Shown: piece after piece, positions 45,647 through 55,451 of the stretch
Position numbering within the stretch: position 1 is the first letter of the stretch
Layout: every line of letters starts with the position of its first letter
Assembly (NCBI GenBank): GCA_002304435.1
Contig: NEUZ01000001.1
Span: 11,722 to 75,721, forward strand
DNA length: 64,000 nucleotides
DNA from: Opitutia bacterium Tous-C8FEB
GTDB lineage: Bacteria; Verrucomicrobiota; Verrucomicrobiia; Opitutales; Opitutaceae
Direction of reading: 5' to 3'
Position numbers and translations under genes: made by a program
Notes under the pieces: model-generated
The model's input: the letters and a program-made list of their open reading frames with translations, nothing else
Databases searched by the model: none
What the model was told of the DNA's origin: nothing

Positions 45647-47038
45647 TCAGGCAGCCGGAACTTCCCAGCCCGGCCGGTAAGCCTTGGTCAGCAGGGCGTC
45701 CGCCGCCGGCTGGTCCCGGAAGCGGAACGCGGCGCTGTCCCAGTGCAGGGTGCCCGCCTTGACGTCGGTCTGGCGGTTGCCCCGCGTGATGGTTTTCCGG
45801 CGCGACAGCCGCGTCGCGATGTTGCCGAGCTGGACCGTCTCCGCGAGGAACGCGGCGTAGTGGAAGCCCCCGCTGGTGCGCCCGCCGGAGCGGATGGCAT
45901 CGATCCAGCTGTGGTGGTGATGCACCGCCTTAACGTCCTTCGGGTAGGAGAAGCCGCGGAAGTTATCCTCCGGGTAAAGCCGCGGACCGCCGACGTGGGG
46001 CAGCACCATATTGCCCTTCTCGCCGATGAACAGGGATCCGCTGCGGGGCAGTTCCAGGCTGGCCGGGACCTGCGCGAGTTTCCGCTCGGGCCGCAAACCC
46101 CCGTCGGTCCACGTGACAGGCAGGGTCGGGCCGGCGGTGAACTCGGTGCCGGGGAACACATACCGGATCGTCTGGCTGGTGGGCCAGATGTGGCGGTTGA
46201 CCCCCGTGTTCTCCGCGATGACCGAGGACGGCGCGGTGAGGCCAAGCCCGGTGAACACCGGGTCGAGAATGTGGCAGCCGAAGTCGCCGAGCGCCCCGCC
46301 ACCGAAGTCCTGCCAGTCGCGCCACGCGAACGGATGGTAGATCCCGGGCGCGAACGGGCGGGCCGGCGCCGCGCCGAGCCAGCGATCCCAGTCGAGCCCG
46401 GCGGGCACGGGCGCCGTCTCCGCCGGGGGCTCCAGCAGGCAGGTGCGCTCGTTGCCGGCGACACCGACCCAAGAGTGCACCTCCTTGACCTTGCCGATCG
46501 TCCCCTCCCGCAGCAGGCGCGTGGCCAGACGGTATTCGACCGAGGAATGGATCTGGTTACCCATCTGCGTGACCACGCCCTTCTTCTCCGCCCACCGCCG
46601 CAGCTGGCGGCACTCCCAGGCGGTGTGCGCGAGCGGCTTCTCGCAATAGACGTGCTTCCCCAGCTGCATCGCCGCGACCGCGACCGGGGCGTGCATATGG
46701 TCGGGCGTAGACACAATCACGGCGTCCAACCGGTCGCCAAGATCGCGCAGGAGGTCGCGGTAATCCGTCCAATGCCGGGTGCCGGGGTGATCCGCGTCTG
46801 CCCGCGCGTAGGACGCTTGGTCGACATCGCAAAACCCGACGTAGCGCAGGGACGGGTGCGAGGCGGCCGAGTGCAGGTTGGAGTACCCGCGGCCGTTGAC
46901 GCCGACCACGGCCACCTGGACTGAGGAATTGGGGGCCGCGGCGCGGACCACGGCGGGAAAAGCGACGGCGGCGCCGGCGAGGGCGGAGCCGCGGAGGAAG
47001 GCGCGACGGGGAAGACGGGGCGAAGGGGGAATTTTCAC
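45647..47038 (-). CDS. Tat-exported Gfo/Idh/MocA oxidoreductase
   Basis: RRAFLRG Tat motif, VVGVNGRG, STPDHMH, HVYCEKPL, GDFGCHILD. Confidence 0.92.
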   Translation of the reverse strand: MKIPPSPRLPRRAFLRGSALAGAAVAFPAVVRAAAPNSSVQVAVVGVNGRGYSNLHSAASHPSLRYVGFCDVDQASYARADADHPGTRHWTDYRDLLRDLGDRLDAVIVSTPDHMHAPVAVAAMQLGKHVYCEKPLAHTAWECRQLRRWAEKKGVVTQMGNQIHSSVEYRLATRLLREGTIGKVKEVHSWVGVAGNERTCLLEPPAETAPVPAGLDWDRWLGAAPARPFAPGIYHPFAWRDWQDFGGGALGDFGCHILDPVFTGLGLTAPSSVIAENTGVNRHIWPTSQTIRYVFPGTEFTAGPTLPVTWTDGGLRPERKLAQVPASLELPRSGSLFIGEKGNMVLPHVGGPRLYPEDNFRGFSYPKDVKAVHHHHSWIDAIRSGGRTSGGFHYAAFLAETVQLGNIATRLSRRKTITRGNRQTDVKAGTLHWDSAAFRFRDQPAADALLTKAYRPGWEVPAA

Positions 47039-47097
47039 GGGGGGTGCGACGAGCCTCGCCCGTCACGCCACCGCGTCAAGCCCCCGCCCGGCGCGAA

Positions 47098-48102
47098 TCA
47101 CGGCTCGACGCGGACGGGCAGACCGACCCACGCGAGGCCGAGGAGCGTCCGCGCGTCCCAATTCGCGAGGCGGAAGCAGCCGAGTGACTCCGTGCGGCCT
47201 ACGTTCGCAGGCTCCGGCGTGCCGTGGATGCCGTAGCCGGAGCGGTCTAGACCGATCCACGCCACGCCCACGGGATTATTCGGTCCCGGCGGTAAAATGA
47301 GCCGGCGGGACGGCGCCTCGCGTGCCTCGGGCGTATCGGGAAACAGGGCGGGGTCGAAGGTGTAGTCGGGGTTCGCCACGACCACGCGCACCGCGAGATC
47401 GCCGACCGGCCGTTTGTCGACGCGGCGGGCGATGCTGACCGGGAAGTGGGCGATGACGCGTTCCGTCGCGTCCACGGCCTGGAACTCGCGCGCGGCAAGC
47501 CGGATTACGAGGCGCGCGGCGATACCCGGACGGGGGACGAACTCGGCCGCGGGGGCGACGAAGAGCGTGTCTGCGGTGAGCCGTTCCCAGTCGAGGCCCG
47601 GATTGAGCCGGCGGAGGAAACGTTCGCCGGCCCGGAAGCGCTCGGCGGCCAACTCGAGGGCCGAGGCGTGGGGCAGGCCGGCAGCCTCGGCCTTGGCGGT
47701 CCAGCCCTCGGGAACCGGACGCAGGCCTTCGAGGTCCTCCGCAGCCAGAGAGGCCCAGGTCAGGGCAGGGGCGTCGAGTCGGAGCACGGCCTGGGTCACC
47801 GCGTCGAGCAGCCCCGTCTCGGGAACCCCCTCCCGACGCTGGAAGGCCCGCAGCGCGGCCGCGGACTGCGGCCCGGGCAGCCCGTCGATCGGACCGCCGG
47901 AGAAGCCTCGCCGGGCCAGCTCCACCTGCGCCTCCAGCCAGGTGGCGGCGGGCCGCGGGAAATCCGCCGCGAGACTGACGAGGGCGGCGGCCGCCGCGGG
48001 CCACTCACTCCCCCGCGTCGGCGCGGGCGCGGCGACAAAGGCGAGCAGCGCGAGCGCCGCGGAACGGAGCGGACGGGAGAGTTGGCGGACGGGCCAGGAC
48101 AT
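47098..48102 (-). CDS. L,D-transpeptidase with peptidoglycan-binding domain
   Basis: IDGLPG..ALRAFQ PG-binding domain; PGPNNPVG; YGIHGT...SLGCFRL. Confidence 0.88.
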   Translation of the reverse strand: MSWPVRQLSRPLRSAALALLAFVAAPAPTRGSEWPAAAAALVSLAADFPRPAATWLEAQVELARRGFSGGPIDGLPGPQSAAALRAFQRREGVPETGLLDAVTQAVLRLDAPALTWASLAAEDLEGLRPVPEGWTAKAEAAGLPHASALELAAERFRAGERFLRRLNPGLDWERLTADTLFVAPAAEFVPRPGIAARLVIRLAAREFQAVDATERVIAHFPVSIARRVDKRPVGDLAVRVVVANPDYTFDPALFPDTPEAREAPSRRLILPPGPNNPVGVAWIGLDRSGYGIHGTPEPANVGRTESLGCFRLANWDARTLLGLAWVGLPVRVEP

Positions 48103-48132
48103 TAAAAAGGGGCAGGCCGCACGGCCTGCCCC
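48103..48132 (-). terminator. Rho-independent terminator after the TBDR at 48155-51202
   Basis: GGGGCAGGCCG-TG-CGGCCTGCCCC followed by TTTTT on the minus strand. Confidence 0.85.
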
Positions 48133-48154
48133 GGGTAAGGCCGGACAGCGCGGG

Positions 48155-51100
48155 TCAGAACTGCCCGGTGATGCCGAACTTGAGCGAGCGGGGGATCACC
48201 CAGTTGGAGCGGACCCGGGACGGATCGAAGATGTACTCGCGGCGGCCCTCCTCGGCGAGGTTGTTGACGCTGAGGAAAGCGGTGGTGTCGCGCCGGAAGC
48301 GATAGGTCACGCCGGCGTTCATCACCCGCCAGGGCTCGCGAAAACGAGCCGTCTGGGGGGAGGTGGCGCTGACGTTGAGGACCGGCCAGCCGCCGGTATA
48401 GTTCACGTCGAAGGAGGCGCCGAAGTTTCCCTGCGTGTAGAGAAGGCCAAAGTTGTAGGCCTTCGGGATGAAACCGCCGAGCTTGCCGTTGGCGATCGCG
48501 GTGGTGCCGCCGAAGTTCCCTTGCGTCCGCAGGTAGGTGTAGTTCGCGCGGGCCGTCAGCCCGCGGAGCGCGCCCGGGAGGAAGGAGAGGCGCTGGCGGA
48601 AGTCCACCTCGAGGCCCCGGTAGGTGGCGTCACCGAGGTTCCGAGGCTGCACGATCTCGTAGCCCTCGTAGAGGCCATCGAAGCCGTTGTCGGAGCCGCC
48701 GCCGATGATTTCGCCGGAGCGGCCGGAGGAGCCAATGTAGTCCGAGATCTCCTTGCGGTAGCCGCGGACGGAGACCGTGCCGTCCCGATGATAGTATTCC
48801 AGCTTGAGGTCGATGTTGCGGCCGAGCTGCGGCTTCAGGTCCGGGTTGCCCATCGTGACGATCCGGGTGGCATCGTTGGCCGAGACGGCGGCGACGAGCG
48901 AGCCCAGCGGGGCGCGGCCGTAGCTGGTGGACCAGCTGGCGCGCGCCTTCAGGTTGGCGGTAATGTCGTAGGCGAGGTGCAGACTCGGGAAGGACTTCGC
49001 GTACTCGCCGTCGTAGGAGAGGCGCTGGTAGTCGAGGGCGGCGCGCTTGAAGTGATCCGGCTCGGCGGCGATCGGGGTCGTGCGGGCGCGGAAGTAGGTG
49101 AACGTGTCCGTCGCCACCCACTCGCGGCGGACGCCGCCGAGGATGGTAAGGCCGCCGAGGCGGACCGTGCCTTGGACGTAGCCGGAGTCGACGCCCTCCT
49201 CAAGAATGCGGCGGTTGGTGTACTGCGAGGTGGCGGTGAAGTTCACGTCCTCGTACCACAGCGCGGAGTTACCGAGGGTAGTGCTGATGAAGGCGGGATC
49301 CACCACTGGGAGGCGCCGGCCGCCGTTTTGGCGCTCAAACTCCGTGAGTGGCATCAGGCCGTCGGTGGGCAGGACCGAGCCCACCACGCCGTACCAGCGG
49401 CGGGGGAAAACCTGGCGATTGTTGACGCGGCGGTTCACGGACTCGAGGCCGGCCTTCAGCGTGACCGGCAGCGCGGTGGCGAGGGTGTAGGCGGCGTTCA
49501 CGTTCGCGGTGACCTCGTTGGTGTCGGTGACCGTGTCGCGCTTGTTGAAGACCCGGGACGTCTGCGGCACCGCCTGCGTGGCGGAGCCATTCGAAGTCAC
49601 GAACGGGGTGTAGCTGGCAGCGCTGTAGACGCTCGCGCCGCCGGTGGGGAGAAACGTCTGGCCGGCGGGGTCGGTGTAATCGAGGATGAAGCCGATCGCG
49701 TCGCGGGTGCGCATCGAGACCGTGCCGTTCTCGCGCCGGCGGCCGGCGCCGGAGTTCCAGTGTGTGTGGCTCCAGCGGTAGGCGTGGTCCATCCGCAGGC
49801 GACCCCAGTTGTGCTCAAACACGAGGGTGCCGGTCGGGTTCTTGCTGGTGAAGGAGTAACGCTGCGGGTTGAGACGCATCTGGGCCGCGCCGACCGCGAC
49901 GCCGCCCGGCTGGAGCGTGGGGTTGTTCACCGGCAACATCTCAATGCGAGTCGCGGTATACCCGGCCCGGATGCCGCCATTCGGGTTGGTGGCGGAATTC
50001 ACCGAAAGGTTTGAGGCGAGCCACGGGTTGACCGCGGTGTAGGTGAAGAACGGCTCGGAGCCTGCGTTGTACAGGAAGCGCAGGGAGACGCGCGTGGACT
50101 CGGAGAGCTTGTAGTCGGCGCGGGCGCTGACCGCGGAGAGGAAGCGGTCGTTGAGGCCGCTCATCCGAGTGTAGTCGCGCAGTTGCGCCACCGGGTTGGC
50201 GGTGGACTCATAAAGCAAGATGTCCCAGTCGTGAGGGTTCAGCACCTCCTGGAAGGAGGCGGTGACGGCGATGCCGAGGTTGCGGACGCCCTGGCCGACG
50301 CTGAAGACCTCGGTGTAGGCGGCGCTGAAGTCGGGGCGCAGGGGGCGCTCCGAGACGGCGAAGTTGCGCTTCGACCAGGACGGGAAATAGCGGCCGCTGG
50401 CGGTGTAGGAGAAGCGGCGGCGCTCGGCCATCGCGAGGGGGGAGCGGGTCTTGAGGTTGAGCTGGCCACCGAGCGAGTCGGCGCGCTTGTCGGGCGTCTG
50501 ACCGGCGATGATCTCCACCTGCTCGTACATCGAACCCGAGAACGAGTGGAGGGTGGCGGTGCGGCCATCGCCACCGACGCCCGTCGACGAGAGGCCGTCG
50601 ATGTTGAGGCGCGTGTAGCTCGCGGGCAGGCCGCCAATGCTCACGTTGTTGATCAGGTTGTCCTCGTCGGTGGTGAAGGTGATGCCGGGCAGGCGGGAGA
50701 CGAGCTCGCCGACGTTCTGGGTCGGGAGGACGCCCCACTCGTCGAGCGCGGTCACGCTCTTCACGTTGAGGGCGTTGCGCTGCTCCGTGATCGCCAGGGC
50801 CTGGCCCTCGCGCACGGTGGCGACGGTGAAGCGGTCCATCACGATCGCCTGAGCGGGCTTCAGCTCGACCTCGACGCGCGCGGTCTCACCGCCGCGGACC
50901 GTGACGGTCACACGCCGCTCCTCGAAGGCCGAGTAGGTCACCACCACCTCGACCGCCCCGGGGCGCACTCCCTGCAGCAGGAAGAGGCCGGCGCTGTCGG
51001 TGAACTCAGTGCGGCCTTGGGCGGGCACGGAGACCGTCGCCCCCTGGAGCCCGTTGCGGGTGGCGGTACTGACGACGGAACCGGAGATCACCCCGGTGGC

Positions 51101-51202
51101 CTGGGCGTAGGCGGCGCCGCCGGCCAAGAAGGCGAGGAGCGCAAGGCGGAGAACCGCCGTCAGGAACGCCCGCGAGGGCGGAGGAAGCGAGGTGCGTTTC
51201 AT
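48155..51202 (-). CDS. TonB-dependent receptor with N-terminal carboxypeptidase-regulatory-like domain
   Basis: Signal peptide, GVISGSV, NVGELVSRLPG plug, GNPDLKP, C-terminal TGQF. Confidence 0.92.
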   Translation of the reverse strand: MKRTSLPPPSRAFLTAVLRLALLAFLAGGAAYAQATGVISGSVVSTATRNGLQGATVSVPAQGRTEFTDSAGLFLLQGVRPGAVEVVVTYSAFEERRVTVTVRGGETARVEVELKPAQAIVMDRFTVATVREGQALAITEQRNALNVKSVTALDEWGVLPTQNVGELVSRLPGITFTTDEDNLINNVSIGGLPASYTRLNIDGLSSTGVGGDGRTATLHSFSGSMYEQVEIIAGQTPDKRADSLGGQLNLKTRSPLAMAERRRFSYTASGRYFPSWSKRNFAVSERPLRPDFSAAYTEVFSVGQGVRNLGIAVTASFQEVLNPHDWDILLYESTANPVAQLRDYTRMSGLNDRFLSAVSARADYKLSESTRVSLRFLYNAGSEPFFTYTAVNPWLASNLSVNSATNPNGGIRAGYTATRIEMLPVNNPTLQPGGVAVGAAQMRLNPQRYSFTSKNPTGTLVFEHNWGRLRMDHAYRWSHTHWNSGAGRRRENGTVSMRTRDAIGFILDYTDPAGQTFLPTGGASVYSAASYTPFVTSNGSATQAVPQTSRVFNKRDTVTDTNEVTANVNAAYTLATALPVTLKAGLESVNRRVNNRQVFPRRWYGVVGSVLPTDGLMPLTEFERQNGGRRLPVVDPAFISTTLGNSALWYEDVNFTATSQYTNRRILEEGVDSGYVQGTVRLGGLTILGGVRREWVATDTFTYFRARTTPIAAEPDHFKRAALDYQRLSYDGEYAKSFPSLHLAYDITANLKARASWSTSYGRAPLGSLVAAVSANDATRIVTMGNPDLKPQLGRNIDLKLEYYHRDGTVSVRGYRKEISDYIGSSGRSGEIIGGGSDNGFDGLYEGYEIVQPRNLGDATYRGLEVDFRQRLSFLPGALRGLTARANYTYLRTQGNFGGTTAIANGKLGGFIPKAYNFGLLYTQGNFGASFDVNYTGGWPVLNVSATSPQTARFREPWRVMNAGVTYRFRRDTTAFLSVNNLAEEGRREYIFDPSRVRSNWVIPRSLKFGITGQF

Positions 51203-51203
51203 T

Positions 51204-51260
51204 GGGTCAGGTACGAACCCGGCGGCGAGCCGGGCCAGACCTGACCCGCGGCGCCGCCGG
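51204..51260 (-). promoter_or_regulatory. Structured 5' leader with alternative pairings
   Basis: 9-bp stem 51204-51212/51239-51247 ends 1 nt before the ATG; competing 9-bp helix 51219-51227/51252-51260. Confidence 0.45.
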
Positions 51261-51322
51261 AATTCCCGATCCTTGGTGGACGGGAGCTCCCGAGTCGACG
51301 CGATTCTGGCGGGTAGACCCGC

Positions 51323-52102
51323 TCAGCGGATCCGCGAGAAGTCAGCCGGCTTGAGGTAGACCGAGGTCACCTTGGCGGTCAGCCTGCCCTCCTTCTCGGA
51401 CGCGGTGCGGGCCTTCACCCAGGCGGGATCGTCCCGGAAGCCCTTCCACGCAGCCGCGGCGGCCTCACGGCTCGGGTAGGCTAGGAAGTAGATCAGGGTG
51501 GTGCCGGCGCCCGACTTCTCATCGACCGGATGAAAGTAGCCGAGGTTAGTCATTCCCTGCCGCGCGAAGATGGCGCGGGTGTGGTCCCGGAAACGGGCGT
51601 CGAGGGCGGAAAGTTTTCCCGGGGCGGCGACGTAGGTGCGCAGTTCGAAGACGCGCTCCGCCCCGCCGTTGCCCGCGTCCATCGGCGCGGTAAAGTCGGT
51701 CGCCTTCAGGTACACCGACTCGATGCCGGCGACGATCTTGCCCCCGGCCTCGGTGGCCTTCGCGACGGCGCGCCAGTCGGGGTCGGCCAAAAAGCCCTGC
51801 CAGGAGGCCTGCGCGGCCTCGCGGCTGCGGTGGCGGAGTAGATAGATCAGCTTCTCGGCGCCGCCATCCTTGGCGTCGGCGGCCAACCAGTAGCCGACAT
51901 TAACCATCCCGTGGCGCTCGAACAGGCGGGTGGTGTGCTCGCGGAAACGGGCCAGCACCGCCTCGCCCTTGCCCGGGGCGGCAACGTAGGTGCGGAGCTC
52001 GTACACAGCGCCGGGCGCCTCGGCGGGCGCGGCGGCGGAAACGGGAAGCAGCGCCAGACAGGGCCAAAGCGCGCTCAGACGGAGGAAGCGGGGGATGTTC
52101 AT
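51323..52102 (-). CDS. Secreted tandem NIPSNAP-domain protein
   Basis: Two copies of (Y/F)ELRTYVAAPGK...RFR(E/D)HT; signal peptide. Confidence 0.9.
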   Translation of the reverse strand: MNIPRFLRLSALWPCLALLPVSAAAPAEAPGAVYELRTYVAAPGKGEAVLARFREHTTRLFERHGMVNVGYWLAADAKDGGAEKLIYLLRHRSREAAQASWQGFLADPDWRAVAKATEAGGKIVAGIESVYLKATDFTAPMDAGNGGAERVFELRTYVAAPGKLSALDARFRDHTRAIFARQGMTNLGYFHPVDEKSGAGTTLIYFLAYPSREAAAAAWKGFRDDPAWVKARTASEKEGRLTAKVTSVYLKPADFSRIR

Positions 52103-52815
52103 GGGGAGTTGGCGGAGGCTTGCGCCGCGTCCGGCGGAGTCAAACCCGGGAGCGTGAGCGGACGAGGCGTGTGGAGGGCCTCAAGGAATTCGGGCCACGC
52201 CTTCGCCACCGGCGAACTGGACAGGAAAAGCGCCGCCAGTTCCTTGCGCCCGCGCAAGCGGAGACTCGCGTACACGTGGAGCTCAAACTGCAGCTCCAAC
52301 TCGCGCCGCGCGGCGTCCAGCCCGAGCACGCCTAGGAGGAAGAGTAGGGCCTCGATGGTGGAGAACCTTCCCCCCGCCTGCTGGGCGCGGAGCCAGTAGC
52401 GGCTCTCCCCGCGCATCGGCAGGCCCACCACGCGGCCCCAGCCCGCGAGGTCCGGCAGCATCCCCGTGGCCTCGCTCCAGACGCCGTCCAGCAGGACGGC
52501 CTGCACCGCGGCCGGGTCGGCGTCCGCCGGCGGCGGATGGCCGTGCGGGTGCAGGATCCATAACTCGCGGCCAGACCGCCGGATCTCGTCCGACGCGAGC
52601 CGGCGTTCCCGTCGCCAAAGGTGCAGGCGCGCGGCGGGCAGGGCCCGCTGGATTAGGTGACCCGTACTAGTGGGCCGAAAATGCTCGCGGTGGTGCATCA
52701 GTACATCGACCGCCAACGGAACCTCGACCGGACGCGCGGCCGCGCAGACGCACCAGCGCACCGTCAGCCGGCAACGCGGGCACCGCACGGCGTTGCCCAA
52801 GGGAGGCCGGCCCAT
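52099..52815 (-). CDS. DTW-domain protein (tRNA acp3U transferase-like)
   Basis: CPRC..CVC, H..E..RPTSTG, LLDGVW, YWLR, STIEA. Confidence 0.8.
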   Translation of the reverse strand: MGRPPLGNAVRCPRCRLTVRWCVCAAARPVEVPLAVDVLMHHREHFRPTSTGHLIQRALPAARLHLWRRERRLASDEIRRSGRELWILHPHGHPPPADADPAAVQAVLLDGVWSEATGMLPDLAGWGRVVGLPMRGESRYWLRAQQAGGRFSTIEALLFLLGVLGLDAARRELELQFELHVYASLRLRGRKELAALFLSSSPVAKAWPEFLEALHTPRPLTLPGLTPPDAAQASANSP

Positions 52816-52827
52816 CGCGCGCCCCGA

Positions 52828-53337
52828 TCAGGGAAACTTCTTCTGCCGGATGAACTCGACGTCGAACGACTGGCCCATCTGCGGCTGGTTATACTTGCCC
52901 ACTAGGCGGTCTCCATCCGACGCCAGCCCGAGCACGTAGGTCGCCCCGGGGTAGCCTGCGTCGTTGAGTTCAACTACCACCTGCGTCCCCTCCGCACCGC
53001 GCAACCAGATGGAGCGCGAGACGTTGATCGACTTCGGATTGAAATACGCCGCCTGCACAATGCCGCTGCGGTCCGCTCCGCGCAGCTCCAGCACGTAGGT
53101 GCCGTCGGAGCGCAGCCAGCGCCCCAGCATCCGCTGGACCTCCGCCGGTGCGCCCGCGTCCGGCACCGGCTCGGCCTTCGCCGCCTTCGACTCCACCGCG
53201 GGCGCGCTGGACTCCGGGGGAGACACGCGCCGCCCATCGCCATCGCGGCCGCAGCCAGCGGCCAGCACGGCGAGCGCGCAGAGCAGGAGAACAGACGCGG
53301 CGCGAACGCACGCGGAGGGCCGGGCAGGGTTAACCAT
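52828..53337 (-). CDS. Hypothetical lipoprotein
   Basis: Lipobox LAAGC; beta-rich domain GRWLRSDGTYVL...YPGATYVL; ATG at 53337. Confidence 0.7.
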   Translation of the reverse strand: MVNPARPSACVRAASVLLLCALAVLAAGCGRDGDGRRVSPPESSAPAVESKAAKAEPVPDAGAPAEVQRMLGRWLRSDGTYVLELRGADRSGIVQAAYFNPKSINVSRSIWLRGAEGTQVVVELNDAGYPGATYVLGLASDGDRLVGKYNQPQMGQSFDVEFIRQKKFP

Positions 53338-53387
53338 CAGGCGAGACCAACCGCTCCCCGGCCCGGGCGCAAGCGCGGCGCGGCCGC

Positions 53388-55451
53388 TTAGCGCACCTCG
53401 TAAACCTCGATCAAGCCGACGCCCCCGCCTTCCCCCGTCGGCGCCAGCGCCGCCGTGTACGCGCCGGGCGGCAACGTCACCAGCAGCGCGGCGTCCGCCG
53501 CCATCCCGGAAACGGGGAACGCGCCGACCCGCGCCGCGGCGTCCCGCAGCGCCCCGGCGTTGGGCGCGGAGGCCCAGCCCTGATTCTCCGCCAAGACCCC
53601 CGTCGCTCCGGCCAACACCAGCCGCGGTGCCGCAACCGCCTCCCCCACCCCGAACACCCGCAGCGAAGGACCGACCGCGCGGACCAGAATGGTCAGCGCC
53701 TGCTCGCCGCGGATCACGAAGCCGGCCGTCAGCACGCCCCGCGGAGCGAGACGCGCCCGCGTCGAGAGGTTCGCCAGCGCCCCAACGCCCGAGGTCAGCG
53801 CGTAAACCTCCAACAGCGCCTCTCCCGGGAGCGCCGTGGCGGGCAGCGGGCAGGAGAGCAAAAATGTTCCCGGCTCCATCGCGGCAACGAGCCCGGCGTC
53901 GCGGCTGCCCGGCGCGAGCGGAAACGCGCCCGCCGCGGCCGCCGTTGCGGTCAGGGCGACCGGCCAATCGTCGTTCGCCGCGAGCAGCGCGCCTCCCGCG
54001 GCGCGGAGTTCCAGCGCCGGATCCGTCAGGACACCCGGCACCCCGAAAGGCTCGAGCCCGGGTCCCACCGCGCGCGCCAGTAAGCGCACCGAGGCCCCGC
54101 GCACCGCCAGACCGGCGACCAACTGATCCTCCCCCGCCCCGGCCGCGGCGCGCACGGACAGGTTCACCAGCTCCCCGGGCGCACCGGGTCCTACCGTGAC
54201 CGGCACCGCCGCGGAGGTCGCTAGGCCGCGGGCGTTAGAGACGGTCACGGCGTAGCGGGCGGATGCGCCTACCGCCGCGGCCTCCACGCGGAGCGCCGCC
54301 GTCGTCGCGCCCGCGATCCGCTCGCCGTCCCGGCTCCATTGGTAGCCAAGGCCGCCACCCTCCGCACCGGCTTGCAGCCAGCCCGCCCCCCCGGGCGCCA
54401 GCCGCAACGCCCAGGGTTCTTGCCGGAGCATCGGCGGCCCCTGCACCGGACCGGAACCGGCAGCGTCGACCAGCAGGAGCGCGGACACGACCGGCCGCTC
54501 TGCGCCGTCGCCTGGGCGCACCGCGGGGGCGCCGCCCGTCAATAGCGTCGTGGAACCGCCGCCATCCAGATTGATCGCCGCGAGGCAGCCGAAATCGCGG
54601 AGCAGCTCCGCCAACTCCACCAGCGTGAGCCCGGGCGGACCGCCGGGCTGGTCGCCCTCAGCCGCGACGAAGACGACGAGGCCGGAGGCGAGGTGGCCGA
54701 TCGCGCTGCGCGGGCGGCGGGAGCTGTTGTTCACCTCAATCAGCTCCTCCGCGTCGGTGACGCGCACGACCCCGTCCCGGACGAGCATCGGCGAGCCGCC
54801 GATCGCGTAGGCCGCGGGCCAGGGCCGCGCGCTGGCGGGGAACTCCGCCCCGGGAACTGGGGCGGGCGGCGCATTCAGACGGTTGGGGCTCGGCTCGTCG
54901 TAGGCGGTGAGGACCCCTGAGCCGGTCCCCACAGAGTAAACCCAGTGCGCGGCTGGGCGCCCCGCGGCGTCCAATCCCCACGCGGCGCGCGTCGGAAAAT
55001 AGTTGGTATTCACCCCCTGCAACGGGCGGGAAAGCTGCCGGATGTTCGGCGAGAGCACCTGTCCCGCAGCGACGACCAGGCTGAAGGACTGGTTGCCGCC
55101 GAAGTAACCGCCATTGAGCGCGGCAAAGACTCGGCGGGTCTCCTGCGCGGCCAACTGGGAGACCGTGCGCGCGGCCGGCGCCAGGACCGGACGCAGCGCG
55201 ACCGCCGGCGAACCCGGATCCCAGAGGACCGCGACCACCCGCCGGGCTGGCGCGGTCCCGGACGGGCGCTCGTGGATCAGGGCGCGGAGCGCACCAGCCG
55301 GGAAACCGGCCGCGAGTTCCGGCGCGGCGCGCCAGCCCGCCGGGGGCACGAAATTCTCCACCGCGGCGCGCGCGGGCAGGTTGAGCCAAACCAGACCGGT
55401 CAGGATTCCAGCGCGGAGGCCGATGCTCACGGGAAGCGGGAAAACGGCCAT
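53388..55451 (-). CDS. Secreted phosphodiester glycosidase (NAGPA-like) + Ig-like domain + tandem Opitutus-type C-terminal domains
   Basis: ALNGGYF, RPRSAIG, AINLDGGGST; YQWSRDG Ig-like domain; repeats LVNLSVRA/LANLSTRA ending LEVY/IEVYEV. Confidence 0.85.
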   Translation of the reverse strand: MAVFPLPVSIGLRAGILTGLVWLNLPARAAVENFVPPAGWRAAPELAAGFPAGALRALIHERPSGTAPARRVVAVLWDPGSPAVALRPVLAPAARTVSQLAAQETRRVFAALNGGYFGGNQSFSLVVAAGQVLSPNIRQLSRPLQGVNTNYFPTRAAWGLDAAGRPAAHWVYSVGTGSGVLTAYDEPSPNRLNAPPAPVPGAEFPASARPWPAAYAIGGSPMLVRDGVVRVTDAEELIEVNNSSRRPRSAIGHLASGLVVFVAAEGDQPGGPPGLTLVELAELLRDFGCLAAINLDGGGSTTLLTGGAPAVRPGDGAERPVVSALLLVDAAGSGPVQGPPMLRQEPWALRLAPGGAGWLQAGAEGGGLGYQWSRDGERIAGATTAALRVEAAAVGASARYAVTVSNARGLATSAAVPVTVGPGAPGELVNLSVRAAAGAGEDQLVAGLAVRGASVRLLARAVGPGLEPFGVPGVLTDPALELRAAGGALLAANDDWPVALTATAAAAGAFPLAPGSRDAGLVAAMEPGTFLLSCPLPATALPGEALLEVYALTSGVGALANLSTRARLAPRGVLTAGFVIRGEQALTILVRAVGPSLRVFGVGEAVAAPRLVLAGATGVLAENQGWASAPNAGALRDAAARVGAFPVSGMAADAALLVTLPPGAYTAALAPTGEGGGVGLIEVYEVR

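Noticed and set aside
51225-51270. Cobalamin riboswitch before the TBDR
   Set aside because: The B12-box-like AGACCTG is on the wrong strand and the core GCCACTG/GGGAAG elements are absent
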